Shown here: positions 52,196 through 64,000 of the stretch, one piece after another
Numbering within the stretch: position 1 is the stretch's first letter
How the letters are laid out: each line of letters opens with the position of its first letter
Assembly (NCBI GenBank): GCA_900088475.1
Contig: FLMG01003675.1
Coordinates: 56,028 to 120,027, forward strand
Source: Hyphochytrium catenoides
Taxonomy: Eukaryota; Protista; Hyphochytriomycota
DNA: 64,000 nt
Direction: 5' to 3'
Notes under the pieces: generated by a model
What the model was told of the DNA's origin: nothing
The model's input: only the letters and a program-made list of their open reading frames with translations
Databases searched by the model: none
Made by a program: the position numbers and the translations under genes

Positions 52196-55100
52196 ATGAG
52201 TGACCCCAAGGTTACGCGCCAGCAGCGCACAGGAGCCATTATGACTGACAGAAAAAGCAGGTGGGTCATATCTCTTGGACACCCTCTGGCAGTTGGAATC
52301 AAGAGTGATTTTTCCGCAGATACGATATGATCCCCGTCAAAGATGCAATCGAGATTGTCCTGAGGGAGTCCGCCCCGCTGAATGTGGTTACGGCAACATT
52401 GCAGGATGCTCTCGGCCGACGTCTTGCCCAAGACGTGTTAGCGAAGGTGCCACACACCTCAAGAGGTTGCCCCTCAATGGATGGACTCTCACGTAGCGTT
52501 GTAGGACAATCTTCCGCCATTTCCTGCCTCAATCATGGATGGTTATGCTGTAGTTGCCTCTGATGGCACGGGGGAGGTGAGTCTTAGCAGAAGAGGTTGC
52601 ATAGGCAACGTCTGACGTATCAAGTCTAGTTCCCCGTCGTGGGCAGGCTAACCGCTGGCGTGGACGCTGCGCAATCTCTTCAACCTGGCATGGCAGCTTA
52701 CATAACAACCGGAGCTCCCGTACCTTCTGGAGCAGACGCTGTCGTTAAGGTAAGAAAGCCTTAGATGTTCTGGAATGGGCTACGTGGACCGGACTAACGA
52801 CTTTGAATGGTGTGAAGATTGAAGACACCGAGGGCATCGACGATCCAACGACAGGTACTTGTCCCTAATGCAACTAAGTTTATTAGGGCTTCCTAAGAGG
52901 GCTTGTACGTGGGGCACAGGTGTAGAAGCGAAGGTTCGCATTCTCGTTGGCGTGAAAGCTGGGGCGAATATCAGGCCGACCGGGTGTGACATAGCTCGCG
53001 GACAGCTTGTACTTCCAGCCGGGACCATCCTCTCTGCTGCAGACCTTGGCTTGCTTGCTACGGTTGCTCTATTCTGCCTACTGTATTATCTGCTAGATGA
53101 CATTCTGAGTTCACTCTCACATTAGGTGGGTGTAGTGGACGTGCCTGTCTACGCGACTCCTGTCGTGGGTGTGTTGTCCACCGGAAACGAGTTAGTAGAG
53201 CCTCGAGAAGGAAGTCTCCCAGCTGGAAAGATCCGCGATAGTAATCGTGTGATGCTGATGGCTGCAATTCGTGATGCTGGGGCGCAAGTGATCGATTTGG
53301 GTAAGCTTCTTTTTGTGAGCATATGTGTATCCGTGTTGGTGGCTACGGCTGTGAACCGCCCATGTGCAGGTATAGCGGAAGATAACGCTGAGACCCAGGA
53401 GGAATTTCTCAAACAGGCACTGGAGCGTGTCGATATCCTGGTGACATCTGGTGGCGTAAGCATGGTACGCACTTCATCGAGGCTTATTGACATTAGTACC
53501 AATAATAACACGTAGAGGCAGGGGGAGCTCGACCTGATTAAACCTCTTTATGAGAGCTTGGGAACCATACACTTCGGTCGCCTGCTGATGAAGCCAGGAA
53601 AACCGACCACCTTTGCTACAGTGCAGGTTCGCCTTCACCTGATACCTTAGCAGAGCAATATGCAACTCACTTCAAGGCTCATACGTCACCCTTCAGACCG
53701 GCCATGATGACAGAAAGAAGCTTTGCTTTGCTCTTCCAGGAAACCCAGTTTCGTGCTTCGTTTGCTTCCATCTTCTGGTATTACCGGCCATCAAAAAGCT
53801 CAGCGGAGCATCTGATGGCGATTGCCTTCATCCAAAGGTTGATTACTACTCTACCGTACTCTGCCTACGTCTTTCAGTCTAACGTAGCCCACTTAGTCCC
53901 TTAGATCCATACTGTCCGTTTTGTCCTTCATTCTAGAACCCTCCCATTTCTTCAGCCCTACTGGCTCTCGTCCGCCCCCCTCTCGCTCGGAACCGCCATA
54001 ATGTTTATCTTTCTACATGCAGGTGGATGTTACTGTGTTGGATTCTTTGAAGCTTGACCCTGAGCGCCCAGAGTACCACAGAGCGACAGTCTTCTGGGAA
54101 TTGCCAGAAGCTTCTTCTCATGCTGGCCACTTTGTAGCTGCAAGTACGGGAAATCAGGCTAGTAGCCGCCTGTTAAGGTAGGAACGCTGATGGAAAGACT
54201 CTTGGCGGTAGTATGGTCATCACAAATTAACCCCATTTCGTTACGCTGTGCCCCAGTGCACATCGTGCGAACGCCTTACTCTGCCTACCTCAAGCTCACG
54301 GGTATATCCAGCCAGGACAGGTGGTGTCCGCAATGCTAATCAACACATTCTCCACGGTACCCAGAGGGACAGCAGCTCGTTATGCTGAGACTTCCAGTGC
54401 ACAGCCTGTAAGATAGAGAGCATATTTGCCCAAAAGAGACGAGTTTAGAGAATAGCATGGAGAAGGGGATGAAGAGAGCCTTGAAATATTCATGGTGACT
54501 GCAAACGCTGCCGATGTCATCAAGGAATTACTTCCGGATCCATCCTCACAATCATTCCTTGTAGGCTCAGGCTTGGGCCCACTGTCCAAGACAATCTCGG
54601 AGCCACTCACATAGCCACTCCCACACCCAATCAGGCTATGTGTCTCTGCAGAGCAAACCCCATACCCAGGACCATTCATCTACACTATCTATACGTGTTG
54701 GAATCCTTACTGTGAGCGACAGAGCTCATCGAGGGCAGTATGAGGATGAAAGCGGTCCTACACTGAAGAAACATCTTACAGATTCCAGCGCCTCCACTGC
54801 TTCCCGCAACTTCTTAGAGAAGGTCGAATCCCAATTTAACCGCTATCTCCTTGTTATAAGTCTCACGGCCTATGGCTATTCTTGCGTCTTACGGGCTGTA
54901 GGTCAAGATTGCAGAAGTGTTGCAAGAAGTGGTGCCGGACGATCTTGAAGAAATCCAAAAAATAATACGGCGATGGGCAGATGAGGAGCGATTGGACCTG
55001 ATTATATCCACCGGAGGAACGGGCTTTGCCCCCAGGGACGTGACACCTGAAGCAATAAAGGTGACTCTCTCAGAGTTTGATGTCTTGGACTTGTCATCTT

Positions 55101-55499
55101 TGATTCACCTTGTACCTTACTGAACCTCTCTACCTATCTCGTGCAGCCAATGCTGGAGAAAGAAGCGCCCGGAATTGTTTTTGGCCTTCTCAATGCCTCT
55201 ATTATGCATACCCCATTTGCTGTCGGTGAGTACTATATGGGGGAATGTCGACTGCTTCAGAACCTTTTCTTGGTTATCCTGGATATATGCCCGTCCAGGT
55301 TCGCTTACAGTACCTTCTATTCCTAGTTTCCAGGCCTGTGGCCGGAGTGCGAAGGTCTGCCTTTATCGTCACGCTGCCCGGCAGCCCTAGAGCAGTCAGG
55401 GAAAACCTTGAAGCCTTGCTGCCCGTTCTTGCTCACGTTCTAGGACACCTCCGAGAACACACACACGGCAGCCACGTGACGCATCCTCCGACTCAATAG
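52196..55499 (+). CDS. CNX1: Molybdenum cofactor biosynthesis protein CNX1/gephyrin; N-terminal MoeA (E) domain, C-terminal MogA (G) domain; multi-exon
   Basis: E domain: [110 protein letters not shown] domain: [45 protein letters not shown]. Confidence 0.95.
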
Positions 55500-55586
55500 T
55501 CTGTGGTTGGAGCAGATGTGATGAAAGCGATGATCTTACAACCAGAAGACTAGGGATGTGCCAGGTATCTGCCTGTGAACACTCTA

Positions 55587-56844
55587 TTAGTACATTCCCG
55601 CAGGCAAGGCACCGCCTTGATGGCCCCTAGGCGCCTTGATCTTGGTAATGTTTTTCTCTATGATGTCAATGGTGAACATGTAGTGGTCTTGAATGCTTCG
55701 AAGGATAGTCCGAAGGTCAAAATACCTGCAAAGAGCTTCTGTCAGGAGGTCTAAATCTGTTGTACAGGCACTTCGTCTCTCTTGTTCAAGCAAATATAGT
55801 GATGACCCATCCCTGATGCCCACATCCTTTTGCCCATCATGCGATGGACTTTAGTTTGCTTCCTTCCCCCGTCACGCCAAAATGAGGGTTGAAACCTTAC
55901 CACTTAACATCCACGGCCACGATGTATGATAGAAAATCTTGCACAAGGGTAGACCTCGTAATAGAATCCTTGGAGACTTCAGTCGTCATATCCTTTAGCT
56001 TCTCTTCTGCTTTCTGAAAAGGCGCATGGACCCCAGGAAGTAAGCTTCAACAAGATTGTTGCGGCACAAGGGTTGCGCTGGTCAGCAACAGGCAACTCAC
56101 CTCTGAATCTTTTGAACGCTCTGTGCTTCTTGTCGTTACTCGCTCCTCCGAGATCTTCTTGCACAGCTTGTCATAAGCCGTAGCTCGCTTCAAGCAAGTA
56201 GGCCGGCAGGCACCATGACACCGAGAGGTACGAGGGATAATTGGGCGAACCTAAGTCACTCATAACGGTCTGTCACGTTACAGGAGAGGGAAGTTCCTTC
56301 TTACCTGCCAGTGGTACTCTGTAAGTTGGTCAAAGGATTGCTGCAGGGCAGACTTGCTTTGGCTTATTTGTACGATCACGGCACGCTGTACTTCAACCTG
56401 GCCGAAAATTTGTGGCGACATGAGCCAGAAGGATCTTAACCGGAACAGCTTGGCATCGTACCCCAAAGTTGTTGCCATCCTCGATCTTAGGCACAAGTAG
56501 CTGTATCCATCGCTCTAGCTTTTGATGGGCATCAATCGCCAAGACGAGTTCCTCACGCACAATAGACAATAAGCCACAGACTTTTTGGTTTACGGAAGCC
56601 TCCTATTCAGCAAAAGCGGACTAGTGAGAAATGGAGGCCTGCATAAGGACTAAGCAGGTACTGTCGTCACCTCCGTCGACACAGTCTCGGAAAAATGCTT
56701 TGACAGGATGGACGCTGACTCCACGGAGAAGTTTGCTTCAAGCAAGTTTGTAATATGAGAGAGTCTCTCTGGGATGGCTGCCTGGACTCCATTCGCCTGC
56801 ATCTCTAGAGCTTTGCGGAAGGGGTCCATCGATTGAGGCGCCAT
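55587..56844 (-). CDS. PSME3: Proteasome activator PA28/REG (11S) subunit, PSME3-like; 6 exons
   Basis: Spliced MAPQSMDPFRKALEMQ..., LERWIQLLVPKIEDGNNFG|VEVQ (activation loop), YHWQ|RATAYDK, QDFLSYIVAVDVKW|YFDLR, DIIEKNITKIKAPRG...MY*. Confidence 0.93.
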
Positions 56845-57464
56845 CCTGGCACGGCTCTGTACCCCGCCTGCAAAGTCGTCTTCCCTGGGGCCTGGCAAGA
56901 CGTATGATAGTCTAACAAAGCCACCTGGCTTCTGACACTGGTTGGGGACGAGACGACGACAAGCTTGGCGTCATACGACCTGGGGAGCGAGGCAGAAGAT
57001 CACTTTCTGATTGCTACTGTAGTACCGAAAGGAACCGGACGCCACCCAATCCCTTGTCCATAAACCGAATCTAGCAGCAGATGATGAAAGATAGTAGGAT
57101 ATTTACTACCATATACTTTGGCTACACCGAAAGTAGCTCTTCGGAACCATGTATTGGCCGCTGCTCAGATAAAAATGCATCAGCGCCATTTGGCATTGGC
57201 GAGAAAAGCTTCACAAATACAGCTTCTGAGCCAAAGAAAATCTTCGAAGATCTCGCCCTTAAGGCCCGTGGTCAACAACTCCCACTGCTTGAAGATATAG
57301 AGCTAAAGAGCTTCTGTGGGTTAAGCGGGACAGATTACTTCTAGACTTTGTGCTCGGTCTAGTTTAGGTGGATTTAACTGGCGTTCTCCACTGGTGCCTT
57401 TCTTTCTTCGTGTCCTTCCTAAATAAGGGGTGCTTTGTCGGGGGCGCGGCAGGAGCTTTCAGCC

Positions 57465-60463
57465 ATGTCCTTCAACTTTGGCGGTCCAGGGACGGGGGGC
57501 GGTTTCTCCTTCGGAGGTGAGAGTGTCTTTCACGACTCATAAGCAACAATGCCGTACAACGACTTTATTTACTTACTTACCACGTATCATCTACAGCATC
57601 AAGTAGCACTCCAAGCACACCTACTTCTAACACACAGCCTGCTGCAGCCTCAACTCCAGGTTTCAACTTCGGTACGCTTTCTGAAATAAGATTATGTGCA
57701 GAGATCATTTTGTTTACTGTGACCTTGACTGGCCACCCGTCTCTGCCATTTCAGGGTCAACCTCGGCAAGCGGGACAAGCGCTAGCCCTTTCTCTTTTGG
57801 CGGGACCGCTGGAGGTAAAGTTTGACGTGTCTTGTCTTATCATTTTATTAGCTAAAAATCTCTCTAGGGGACTCAAAGCCTTCTGGTGGCTTCAGTTTTG
57901 GTGCCGCCTCAGCATCGGGCGACGCCAAGCCAGCAAGCTCATCTGGATTTAGCTTTGGGGGAACGTCCACCTCTGCCGATAGCAAGCCTGCAGGCCCAAG
58001 TGGATTTAGCTTGGGAGGCTCAGCTGGCACAGACAAGCCTGCAGTCAGCTCTGCCCCGTCATTCTCCTTCGGCGGCGGTGCAACAGGAAGCTCAGGGTCT
58101 ACTGGATTCAGCTTCGGAGGCTCCAGTGGCTCGTCTGACGAAAACAAACCCTTGACAGGTTTTGGCTTTGGAAATTCAAATGCAGCGGAGGCCAAGCCAG
58201 CGACATCAGGCTTCAATTTTGGAAGCACAAGCACTGGAGACAGTAAGCCAGCGGCGGCGTCCGCTTTTGGCTTTGGCACCAGTGGCGGCGACACTAAGGG
58301 AGCCTCAGGTGCGGCAATTCAGCACTAACGATAGTTTGACAGCTCCACTAATGGCCAGTCATCTACACAGAGAGCAAACCTCCCGTAAGTGGAACCAGCT
58401 CAACTACCGGGGGCTCTGGAGGTCTTTTTGCCAGCGCAGGCACGGATCCTAAGCCTGGTGCCTCCAGCGGATTCAGCTTCGGAGGCAGCGGCGCTGCTGC
58501 TAGCTCAGATGCTAAGTCTACAACTGGCTCTGGCACCACAGGTGGCTTCAGCTTTGGCGCCACGTCGGGAAGTAGTACAGAAAGCAAGCCAGCTGGAGCT
58601 TTTAGCTTTGGCAGCACGACTTCCGCAGAATCCCAGCCAAGTTCCGGGGCTGGTTTCAGTTTTGGAGGATCGTCCACTCAAGAGAAGAGCAGCGATCCCA
58701 CCTCTTCAATCAGCGAGACCAAGACCACCGGGGGCTTCAGCTTTGGCAGTGGAGCGTCAGCCTCAGATAGCAAAAGTGGAGAGGCAAAGCCTACATCGGG
58801 AGGCTTCAGTTTTGGGGCTTCTAGCAGCAATGCCAAGAGCAGTGGTGAAGAGAAGGCGAGTGGCACTTCTGCACCAGCCTTCAGTTTCGGAGGGAGTAGC
58901 AAAGACACAGCCAACAGTGCAGAATCAAAAGCCGATTCTAAAAACACTGAGTCCTTGTTTGGAGCCAGCAGTTTAGATGGCAAGTCATCAGCTTTGGTGA
59001 GCACGGGAGGTTCCGGAGAAGCTGGTGACAAGGACAAAGCCCCAGCTCCAGGTGAGCCGCTAAGCCATGCTATCATGTATGTTAGGTCTTACCTTTGACG
59101 TCGCCGTGCGCAGTTTCGCAGGACCTTCCTCCTGCGCAATATAATCAAAAGACTCTTGAGGTTAGTGCTCTACCATCCCTGTCAGGGCACGATGAAACAC
59201 AGCTCCCTATTCTCTCCTGACTTCTGCCTCCCCAAGCCTTGGTACCTCCCTACTCTTATCTGGCTGCCTGTGGATTGTTATCTTTCTGGGGAGTTGGTTG
59301 TTTTCCTCTGATTCTGATCCTAGCAGGATAGAGTGCTTTCTCATCTTCTCTGCGGTGGCTAGGCCTCCATTTGCCTCTTGGATTGGATGTGCCTGGCGCT
59401 CTGGTGATGCGTCAGCTTCTAACATAGTCGTAGCTAAGCCCACATTCTATCTGTATCGTTTCAACTCTACTTTCCTCGTATCCTCATTATCAATCAGCAA
59501 ATCATCAATATGTGGGGCGAAGAGCTTGAAAGGCATGCTACTTCCTTTACTAATGAAGCAGTGAAAGGTCGGTTCAATTTTGCTTTTAGCTCGCTATTTA
59601 CAAGCTGACTTCATGGCAGTGAGCAATTGGGATTTGGAGTTGATGGATAACCAACGGAAGATTGGAGACTTGGCTGAGGATATCCAAAGGCTCCAGGTGG
59701 GAAAAGCGAGAGATATTCAGAGAGGCCATCCGGGCCAAGAGTCCTGACTAACCCATATCTCCCTTCAAGGTGTCCCAAAGAGAGCTTGACGCTTCCTTGG
59801 ACTCTATCTCAGCCTATCAGATGGAGCTTCGGAGCACTTTGGAGGTACATTTTCGCGTCATATAATTTCTTATCGGTAGCTTCTAGCTGCAAGTATGGTT
59901 CTTTGAGGTCTTATCTGTGAGACTGCATGTCGAGTTGATACTGACAATCGCTCCTTTACGGGATTGGACTGAATGCCCGGTGTACCTCCAGCAATTGGAA
60001 GACGACGTGGACAAGATGTTTGAGACACAGGGCCAAGCACCGGACTCCGCGGATATCGAGCGTGAGCAAACCTTTCAACTAGCCATAGAAATAGGTAATG
60101 GCTTGGAAGTTCTGTGGGCTTATGCCTGTCCTACTGTTAATCTCTCGGTCTACCATTGCTTCTAATTACCTGTTATGCAGATGAACAACTGAACAGCATG
60201 CGGCAAACACTCAAGGAGACTATTAACAAGTTAAATAATAGCTCAGCGACTGGGGATGGACAGAATCCGGTAGGGACAGTGACTATTCGGCGTACCTAGC
60301 TTCTTCTGAATTCCGATTACTTCCCAACTCTTCAATACAGGTATTGCAGATCATGAAGATACTTAACGTCCATCATAACTCGCTTGAGTGGCTGGAAAAG
60401 TCCGCGCGTAACCTCAACAAAGAGGTTAGTGATGTCGCACGGCGCTTGCCTCAGATGCGGTGA
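57465..60463 (+). CDS. NUP62: FG-repeat nucleoporin Nup62/Nsp1, multi-exon
   Basis: MSFNFGG start, many GFSFG/GFNFG repeats with K-P-A spacers, then the Nsp1_C coiled coil YNQKTLEQIINMWGEELERHATSF..VSNWD, ADIEREQTFQLA, QIMKILNVHHNSLEWLE; TGA at 60461-60463. Confidence 0.93.
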
Positions 60464-60614
60464 TGTATCAGCCAACCTCACTTATTAGTGCTCCCGTATC
60501 CGATGTTAATTGAATGCAAGTACAATCTGATCGCCCGCTTTCCAAAAGAGGTAATAGGTTTATTTTTATAATAGGAAAAGGAAGGAGAACACTGCGGTCC
60601 TGATTGCCGTCTCC

Positions 60615-62576
60615 CTACATAACGCGACCTAGGGCAATAAATAATGAGAACAGAACTGCAAAAACACCAGTCTTGAGGGCATCATCCCGGCCTGGAAGAT
60701 ACGCAGAGGATTTCTTTGTCCCTTCGTCGTCGTCTGCCGGCATCGGCTTCCCTTGGCTAACTAGTTCCAATGACTTCACAGGGTTGCCTCCTAGATCAAT
60801 GCCAACATAGCCGCTTAACTTGTTCACAATATCTGAGCACTTGTATTCGGGAGTGTCAACACAAGGTTTGTCGCAGGCATTTGCGTAGTCCTGGACCTTT
60901 GACAGGTCTTTGGGGAGGTATCCTAAGCGGTGTGCGTTAAAAAAGTCCCAGTAGGGGTCCATGCTTTCAGTCTTGAAGTTCCAAAACATGTAGCCATCGC
61001 CCTTAGACCAGGCGCTAAGCTGTCTCCTAGTCAGCTCCTTGACAAGCCCGTCTGGGAGCAGCCTTGTAGTTGAACAGAAGCAGTCCTTTGTGGCACCTCG
61101 ACCACCGGAGATCACTGCATCCAATACTTCGGGGACAGCAGGGCTGCAACCTTGGCATTTCCTGACTGAACACTCGTGTAGCTCGGCGTTCTTCCCTACC
61201 CCGTGCCATCCTGCTAGCCACATGTTGCAAGAGTCCATAGCGAGGGACCACTCTCCAATCAGATTGCGAATACCTGCCTTTCTAAACTTCGCGATCTTCT
61301 CTCCTGCCTCGCAGATCAACTGGAAAGTCTTGTTGACCGTATCAAAAGGCTCACTGAAGCCGAAGTAGATGTGTGAATCCAATGTGACTTGGCTAGGAGG
61401 TCCAGGTAATCCGTTGGCACCACCCCAAACATCGACGTATCCTTGGAAAGAGTCATGGTATGCGCGTTTCCATTTTGGCGCCACAGTTGTCAATACCTTC
61501 TCTGCTTTTGCATAGAATTCCTTGAGTGCAGGAATAGGGGTAGTCCATATAGGTTCGTTGATTACATCCATAATGCCAACGACTCCAGGGTTCGACCCGT
61601 GGCGCTTACCCATGGCTTCAAGAACGTCTAGCGTGTGCTGTACGTTCTCCTCGGACGGCTTGCCAACCTTGTAGTGCTCCGCCCTTGGCCATTGCGTAGC
61701 ACTAGTGTTGCTGTATAGCATGTACATTTCTTCTGGACTGTCATCTGCAACCAATAACCAAGATGGATTGGCAACTTTCTCATAGAGGCCTACGCCAACC
61801 CACTTTACGTCCCTGGCCTGTCCGGAGTGATCCCAACCATTCTGTCCGCCCTTCGTGGAGTGCAAGTCCATCCAAACACCAATCTTATACTTGGCAGCCC
61901 ACTTGATTAGCTGATCTACCATGTCCAAGCTGCCATCAAAGCAGCCCCCCTCGAAGGCCCCATGGGGAATGTACATCCAGTCCCCAACCACCAGCCGCAC
62001 GGAATTGATCCCGGTCTCGGCCAGCTTCTTGAAGTCCTTCTCGCTAACAAATCGCTTCCAAAACGCCCTCAGTTGCTTATTGGCCTCCTTTGGACCTAGG
62101 ACCTGACAGAAAGTGTATGTGTCAATGGCAGTCTTTTCCGGTGGCTTGTTCTCAAACTGCCAGAAAAGGCTTGGATTAACCCATGGCTCCAGCACGAACA
62201 AGCCCCCTAGATTCACTCCGCGAACGTTCCAGCTGTCTGTTATTGGCGGCGCGGGAACAACACCTGCGTTTGGTGTTGGAGCCGGTGTCACGGGTTGCCC
62301 TGGGACGTCCTGACCGGGAGGAATGGCGGGAGGAACAGCTGGGTTTTTTTGAACAGGATTCGGAGTAGGGGCTGCAGTTGGCAGCTTGGGGGCGGGTGTT
62401 GGCTGACCAGGAACTGGGGTTGGCACTGCTGGTACCGCCGGTACTTGTGGTGGCGAGGGCGCAGGTACTTGTGGTGGCGATGGCGCAGGAGGCAGTACTT
62501 GACCTAATGCGCCAGGAGGATAGAGAATGGCCGTAAGACCAAGTGTAAGGACTGGTAGGAACTGAGACCCCACCAT
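60615..62576 (-). CDS. Secreted, probably GPI/membrane-anchored glycoside hydrolase family 5 exo-beta-1,3-glucanase with Pro-rich N-terminal linker; intronless
   Basis: Signal peptide, PAPSPPQV repeats, VRGVNLGGLFVLEPWVNPSLF, GINSVRL, DLHSTKGGQNGWDHSG, acid/base VINEP, DSHIY, nucleophile IGEWS, FWNFKTE, hydrophobic C-terminus. Confidence 0.93.
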   Translation of the reverse strand: MVGSQFLPVLTLGLTAILYPPGALGQVLPPAPSPPQVPAPSPPQVPAVPAVPTPVPGQPTPAPKLPTAAPTPNPVQKNPAVPPAIPPGQDVPGQPVTPAPTPNAGVVPAPPITDSWNVRGVNLGGLFVLEPWVNPSLFWQFENKPPEKTAIDTYTFCQVLGPKEANKQLRAFWKRFVSEKDFKKLAETGINSVRLVVGDWMYIPHGAFEGGCFDGSLDMVDQLIKWAAKYKIGVWMDLHSTKGGQNGWDHSGQARDVKWVGVGLYEKVANPSWLLVADDSPEEMYMLYSNTSATQWPRAEHYKVGKPSEENVQHTLDVLEAMGKRHGSNPGVVGIMDVINEPIWTTPIPALKEFYAKAEKVLTTVAPKWKRAYHDSFQGYVDVWGGANGLPGPPSQVTLDSHIYFGFSEPFDTVNKTFQLICEAGEKIAKFRKAGIRNLIGEWSLAMDSCNMWLAGWHGVGKNAELHECSVRKCQGCSPAVPEVLDAVISGGRGATKDCFCSTTRLLPDGLVKELTRRQLSAWSKGDGYMFWNFKTESMDPYWDFFNAHRLGYLPKDLSKVQDYANACDKPCVDTPEYKCSDIVNKLSGYVGIDLGGNPVKSLELVSQGKPMPADDDEGTKKSSAYLPGRDDALKTGVFAVLFSLFIALGRVM

Positions 62577-64000
62577 GTTGCTGTCAAGAGCTACGCAAGA
62601 GAGTTGTAACCAAGGTCTGCACTACTTTCTCTAAGTGCGGGTTCAGAGCAGCGCAGATTAAAAAGTGTACCGCTGTCTCGCCCTGGGGATCAAAGAAAAA
62701 ATGCTTTCCAGCTCAAGAATGCGCTCTCCCAAGGTCTCAAGACATGAAGATCTTCGATCACGCATCCACCAACGTCGCCATTGAGAGAAAGCCTTGATGC
62801 TGTCTAGAGCTTTGTACACGTCAGAGGGACGGTGAGGGAAAGAAGATCTCTCTGTCCAACGCTCCTCTTCCAAAATGCAGCCTTTGCCCTTCCTTCCTTG
62901 AACAACAGAAGTGGAGGGCCCTCCGATCCTCTATCTTTTATGAAAGTCCAATGAAGTCTAAGAAAGAGTAGGAAACGTCGTCGGTGGGTCAACAAGGGGC
63001 GGTGGTCACTTGTCACTCAGCAACAGCAAGAGAGAGAGGAGAGAGACGTGAAGCAAGTCTTGGGAGGAGGAGAAAGCGCCAAAATGAGATGAGCGAGAGA
63101 GACAGCCACCCATTTCTTTCCTATTAGGCAGGAGAGGTCGTCATCAGGAGCGCGAGACAGAGAGGGAGAGAGAGGAAGGTGGCCGGGACAGAAGGATGAC
63201 GACAGACAGAGTTTCACACAGAGATCTCGGAGGTGATACAAAAGTGAGGGTGAGAAAACAACAAGAGAGATGACAAACATGCAGGGAAGAAGGGAAAGAC
63301 AAAGAGCCTTATCTTTTTATGCTTCAGCACCCTTTCTACAGCCTCAGAATCTGGTTCTGTCTGATCCATCTCAGCCCCAGCTGTGCCCAGTCTAGGCAGC
63401 CTATTTTTAGGTCTATCAAGAACAGGTTCTAAACTGTTCAGGCAAGTTGCCCAGTGTTCAGGTCCCTAAGATTTCTAGATGGTGCGTCCTAAAGCCCCCA
63501 CCTGTCCTATCCTCTGGTACAAGTCGCTGCACACCACGAACAGACCGCCATTGTTGCCATCAAAAGATCACAAAGTTCATACCAGTATAGTAGTAGTAGA
63601 CTCCTGCTGCCCTTTACTACCTGTCTAGGTATTACTACTTCTACTTGATCATGGAAGGCTTAGCACAGGCCTCTTTTCGGGAACCAGAAAAGCCGCACGC
63701 CCCAACAGCACACACAGCCTAAGGTACAAACAGTGGAACCTTTGTGTTGGAGGCGGGGCAGGTTCTACTGTTTCTTGTTATGATGATTCTGGCAACGGAA
63801 TGACCCTGGCCACACGCGCGCTGCACGCGCTGCTGGTATTTCTTGGTCCAGAATCAGAGATAAATTTTAGTGGTTGAAAGGGTGACAGCGTCACGACTTG
63901 CTCTGGAATTTCACATTCTTTCCAGGTCATCAGAAGACAGAAGAGGTTTAGAATATTGCACAGACCGGATGAGTAAAGCTATGAGTTAACTCGAGTAGAA

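Noticed and set aside
55989-55997. ATATCCTTT on the + strand resembling a U12 donor
   Set aside because: It is the antisense of a PA28 coding exon (LKDM), with no + strand gene or matching branch site.
57848-59076. Minus-strand ORFs with PKLKP/PKLNP repeats
   Set aside because: These are antisense shadows of NUP62 GFSFG repeats.
63305-63420. Minus-strand peptide ...EPDSEAVERVLKHKK, faintly like a chromodomain start of a chromoviral integrase
   Set aside because: Too short; it lacks the following Y-L-V-K-W motif, and no RT, integrase or LTR is nearby.
1-64000. CRISPR arrays, prokaryotic operons or defence islands, rRNA/tRNA, alternative genetic code
   Set aside because: The sequence is spliceosomal-intron-rich eukaryotic DNA. 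No repeat-spacer arrays or RNA gene signatures were seen, and conserved genes translate and terminate normally with the standard code (TAA, TAG and TGA all used as stops).

Overview
Gene-dense eukaryotic nuclear DNA of about 50% GC, with many short GT-AG introns and two N-gaps. It probably comes from a flagellated stramenopile-like protist; this is an inference from protein style and ciliary genes. I reconstructed 18 protein-coding genes by hand: a tandem CCCH-type zinc-knuckle protein, a Raw-like double nucleoside-deoxyribosyltransferase (NDT) protein, a GT2 glycosyltransferase fusion, V-ATPase subunit a, TMX2-like, STPG1-like, an ARM/coiled-coil protein, a Kelch-EGF surface protein, a Tudor-like protein, CDC27, Fused/STK36, a small COX7C-like mitochondrial protein, PRMT5, MON2, CNX1/gephyrin, PA28/PSME3, NUP62 and a GH5 glucanase. 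STPG1-like and COX7C-like are essentially invisible in the ORF track, and PA28 appears there only as fragments. Highlights: (1) a textbook U12-type AT-AC minor-spliceosome intron in the COX7C-like gene; (2) the Raw-like protein, whose two NDT domains share identical intron positions and retain the putative catalytic Glu; (3) a protein bracketed by two copies of an unrecognised Cys/His motif; (4) near-strict alternation of gene orientation with very tight convergent 3' ends. No rRNA, tRNA, CRISPR or intact mobile element was recognised.
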